In this document: positions 60,604-64,000 of the stretch, piece after piece | Layout: the number at the start of each line of letters is the position of its first letter | How positions within the stretch are numbered: the first letter of the stretch is position 1 | Source: Felis catus | Taxonomy: Eukaryota | Assembly (NCBI RefSeq): GCF_018350175.1 | Contig: NC_058370.1 | Span: 119,102,001 to 119,166,000 of the forward strand | Length of the DNA: 64,000 nucleotides | Reading direction: 5' to 3' | Notes under the pieces: generated by a model | Databases searched by the model: none | Seen by the model: the letters and a program-made list of their open reading frames with translations, nothing else | What the model was told of the DNA's origin: nothing | Program-made: the position numbers and the translations under genes

Positions 60604-61559
60604 AAAAGCTCAGCGATGTGGGAAGCTGCCTCTGCTGCGGGTGAGCAGTCAGCAAGGGGAGGACGGATCTGGCCCTCGGCGTGGGTCGTCGCATGGCGGA
60701 CACCAGTGGCCCTGAGCCCATGTCGCTGTCCACCTCGGAGCCTCAGTTGCCTCATCTTCCAAATGGGGGTGACGATGCCTCCCACACAAGCAGTTAGGAA
60801 AGCCTGGGAGGCGGGGGAAGGGCTCTGGGTTCCACTTGTGGCTCTTTTCTCTGCTGAGTGACTGGCCTTGGGTGAACTTTGGCCTCAGCTTTCTATCTGG
60901 ACCCCCCGAGCGAGGCACGGATGCCCTGTGGCTCTAAGCTGGGGATGCAGGGGGGAGGAGGGAGCCCGTGGGATGGCCAAGGGCGGCCCCTCCCCCAGTG
61001 GGTCCTGATGGGAGAGGCTGAGGGCTGCCTCTGCTGGGGGCCTTTGGGAGGGGGTCATGCGTAGCACTCCCCTCTACTCACAGAAGTGACGGTTGTTCAG
61101 CCCATATGTCACATTGTCGTCCGGGGCAGGGCGGGAGAGGTGTTATGGGTTCATCTGCAGAGTCCGAGCATTCTCCTGCCACCTCACGTGCCACATCTTT
61201 TTTGGGCCCTCTCACTGACCTGGGAAGTAGATACTGTTCATTGTCTCCAGGTCAAACCCCAGTCAAACTAGGACTGTTGCCCACAAGTCCTGCTCCGCTC
61301 CCCTGGCCTCTTACCACACCTCTCACTTCTGGAAGGTATGTCTCCTGCAGCCAAACCCACTCGGGCCTTTACCTGGTTCTGTCCATGATTCCTGATTTCT
61401 CCCAAAGCTCCCAAGAGCAGCAGCTGTCTTACCCTTGAGAGCACTCGAGGGGCAGTTTGGCATTGTGGACCAGCCAGGCCTGGGTCTGAATGCTTCGGGG
61501 AGTCGTTCAGACAAACCCTCAGAACCTCAGCTTCCTTACCTTTAAGATGGGAACGCCAA

Positions 61560-61779
61560 GGGGCCCCTGGGCGATTCAGTCGGTGAAGCGTCCGACTTTG
61601 GTGATTTTGGCTTGGGTCATGATCTCATGGTTTGTGAGTTCAAGCCCCACATCGGGCTGTCTGCTGTCAGCACAGAGCCTGCTCCAGATCCTCTCCCTCT
61701 CTTTCTGCCCCTCCGCAACTCTCTCTCTCTCTCTCTTTCTCTCAAAAGAAATAAACTTTAAAACAATAAATAAATAAAT
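61560..61779 (+). mobile_element. CanSINE inserted in a MIR
   Basis: TSD AAGATGGGAAC(G/A)CCAAG; the flanks rejoin as a MIR core (CCTCAGCTTCCTTACCTTTAAGATGGG). Confidence 0.95.
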
Positions 61780-64000
61780 AAGATGGGAACACCAAGTCTC
61801 CTTTCCAGGGCCGTGTCAGGGCTGTGTTAGGATCCAGTGAAGTAAGGGTGCTAGCCTTCCCCAGGCGACACATCATCTCATTGCCTGTCCCTGTGACAGG
61901 CATCTGGGGGTCGAGGCGGAAGTGGCCAGCCCCACTGCCGGATGAGGAAATGGAAAGTCAGGCAGGTGGAGGGGCTGTGTGGCCACAGAGCCAGCCGGTG
62001 GCCGGGCGAGGGCTGGGCCCGGGCGCCATGGGGGCAGTGGCCCCCACCGGGCTCCCTGCCCCTGGGAAAACCATTCCCGAGGCTGAGGTGAGAAGGGAAT
62101 CCGGATTTCCTTCCCGAGGTGGAGACGACACTGATGGGATCAGTTAAAAAGCATTGCCTGCGCCCGGATTCCCTGGCAGCACCCAAGGGAACGGGCCGCA
62201 GAGGGCTTGGGGACATGTTTGTCCAGCACCCTGGTCCCAGTCCTGTGTCGGGGAGTACAAGGTAAACAGACCCCATCTCAGCTTTTCAAGAGTCCTGGTC
62301 CCAAGGGCCCTTCTCAGCCTGCTGGCTTGAGGCTTTATTCCCCTCATGTCTTTTCTGATAACTTCATTTGTGCCCCCAGAGACCTCAGACTTGTTTAAAA
62401 ATAGAAAAATAAACAACAATGTTCCTGAAATGCCCCCTCCCCCCAGCTTTGGGCCACCTAATGAGGTGCTGGCTGGGCTGGCTGGGGCTCGGTTCCCAGG
62501 ATTTTCCACCCTCCGCAGGCCTCAGGCCTCCCGCCGCCTCCACAGGGACAAGACGCCCCATAGCTCTGGAGGCTTCCCAGGGGCGTGAGCGACAGCCAGT
62601 GGGGGCTGGCGTTGCGCAGCCTGCCCGGAGCTGTGGGCCGCTGGGGCTCCACACAGCTGGGGCCGGGGACACATCCACCCAGGTGCAGAAGGCCAGGCCC
62701 AGCACGGGCCCAACCACAGAGGGACCTGCCAGGGACCTTCCCCTCCTCTTAGCTCAGCCCCTACGGAAGCCACGGGCCCTGCCAGGCACTGGCTGCAACC
62801 CCCGGGGCTCTGCCCACAAGTCTCAGGCTGACGGGCTTGTTGTTCACGGTCCTGGACCAGGGTTTGCAGTTTGTGTTAGGACTTGGGTTTTCCCCGCCTG
62901 AAGGACGTAGTGATAGCTTCTCTGCCTGCCTCGAGGGCTTTTACAAAGGCTGGATGAGACGATGGCCGTGAAGATGCCGAAATGGTCTGGGAAGGTGGAG
63001 AGGATCTCGGGCAGCCTCCCCAGAGGAAGAACTTCTGGAAGGGAGTGGCTTTGCCCTCTGACCTCGCAGCAGGGGCTTGAGGGAGTGGGGCAGCGTCCCC
63101 GGTTAGCACCAGGCTGTCGGAGGGTCCCCAAACGCCACCACCACCAGGAAGGCAGCTAAGAAGTGGGCGTGTCCCACCTGAAGAAAGTCTCAGAGGATGT
63201 AGGTGGAGGACGAGTTGCATCACTTGGATTAGGTGAAAATCCCTGAACACATGACACTTTTAGAAGCCGGAGCAGGCTCGTTCGGACGGCAAGCTCCTTG
63301 TCCCTGGTTGTCCCTGGAGGCATCCCGGAGCGAGCTGGCCAGACAGCAGTGCAGGGGGATCAGACTTGAGGCGGGGGTGGTCCACCTGCCTAGGACGCTG
63401 AAGCAGAGAGTAGGAGCAGAGACGATCGATGTCCTTCCATCCCCTGAACGTGCACGTCCCTGCCTCCAGAGCTCCCGCCAGGCTCTTGGGAGAGGGTTCT
63501 TCCCCCTCCTCCTCTCTGCCTGACGCCTGAGGGAAGTGCTACCCGCAGGCCAACCCCGCGTCAGGGGGAACTGAAGCAGATGTCTAGACCAAGACGGCAC
63601 TTCTCAGGTGGCAGAAAAGGCAAAGATTAGAAATGGGTTCTCTTTGGAGATGGCTGGAGGCACCTAGTTCATCCTGCTCCTTGGCCCCTGTTGATCTAGA
63701 GCCCCTCCTTCACCCGGCACCCCCAGGACTCAGGTGTCCCCCGTTTTCAGGAGGTCGGTCAGGGAGAACAGCTGGTGGGCAGCTCTGGGTCAGGGACAGG
63801 TCGGTCGCTTCTCTGCACAAGCAGTGTCTTAGCTGGCCGGCCGCTTCTGCTCTCTGTATTCCCGGCAAAAGACCTCCGGGAACAGGGAGAATCCCGGAGG
63901 TAAGGGTGGGCTGCCCAGCAAGGCCAGGCAGTTGAGGTGGGGGACCCCCCCTTCCCCTCAGAGAGGCCTCTGAGCCAGCAGCGACCCTGAAGGGCAAGGG

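Noticed and set aside
1058-61779. tRNA genes suggested by A-box (TGGCTCAGTCGG) and B-box (GTTCGAGCC) motifs
   Set aside because: All are heads of tRNA-derived CanSINEs, followed by (CT)n, A tails and TSDs.
1-64000. The many 60-250 aa ORFs in the six-frame track as genes, including the 247-aa ORF at 58073-58816(-)
   Set aside because: They overlap in all frames, are rich in Pro/Gly/Ser/Arg as expected for GC-rich non-coding DNA, often lie in repeats or span N gaps, and resemble no protein family I recognise. Small exons of a host gene cannot be excluded without an alignment.

Overview
This is mammalian non-coding DNA from a cat-family (Felidae) genome. The assignment rests on about 22 copies of the tRNA-derived carnivore SINE in its felid form (GGGGCGCCTGGGTGGCTCAGTCGGTTAAGCG...(CT)n...AATAAA-polyA) and on felid/carnivore-type L1 3' ends. 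I recognise no protein-coding exon, RNA gene or host gene. The only ORFs with recognisable homology are decayed LINE-1 ORF1/ORF2 and HAL1 fragments. The window is a GC-rich, MIR/L2-rich background, increasingly GC/CpG-rich after about 39 kb. It is interrupted by an AT-rich, deeply nested transposon island at about 17.4-25 kb and by five short N gaps. The most notable observations are transposon structures: a multi-layer nest, two SINEs at one target site with a triplicated TSD, an L1 insertion with a probable 15-nt 3' transduction, and a near end-to-end HAL1 element. There are also several repeat-free, motif-dense islands that may be enhancers. I found no evidence for a novel biological system. 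Repeat subfamily names come from recalled consensus sequences, not a database search, and boundaries of old repeats are approximate.
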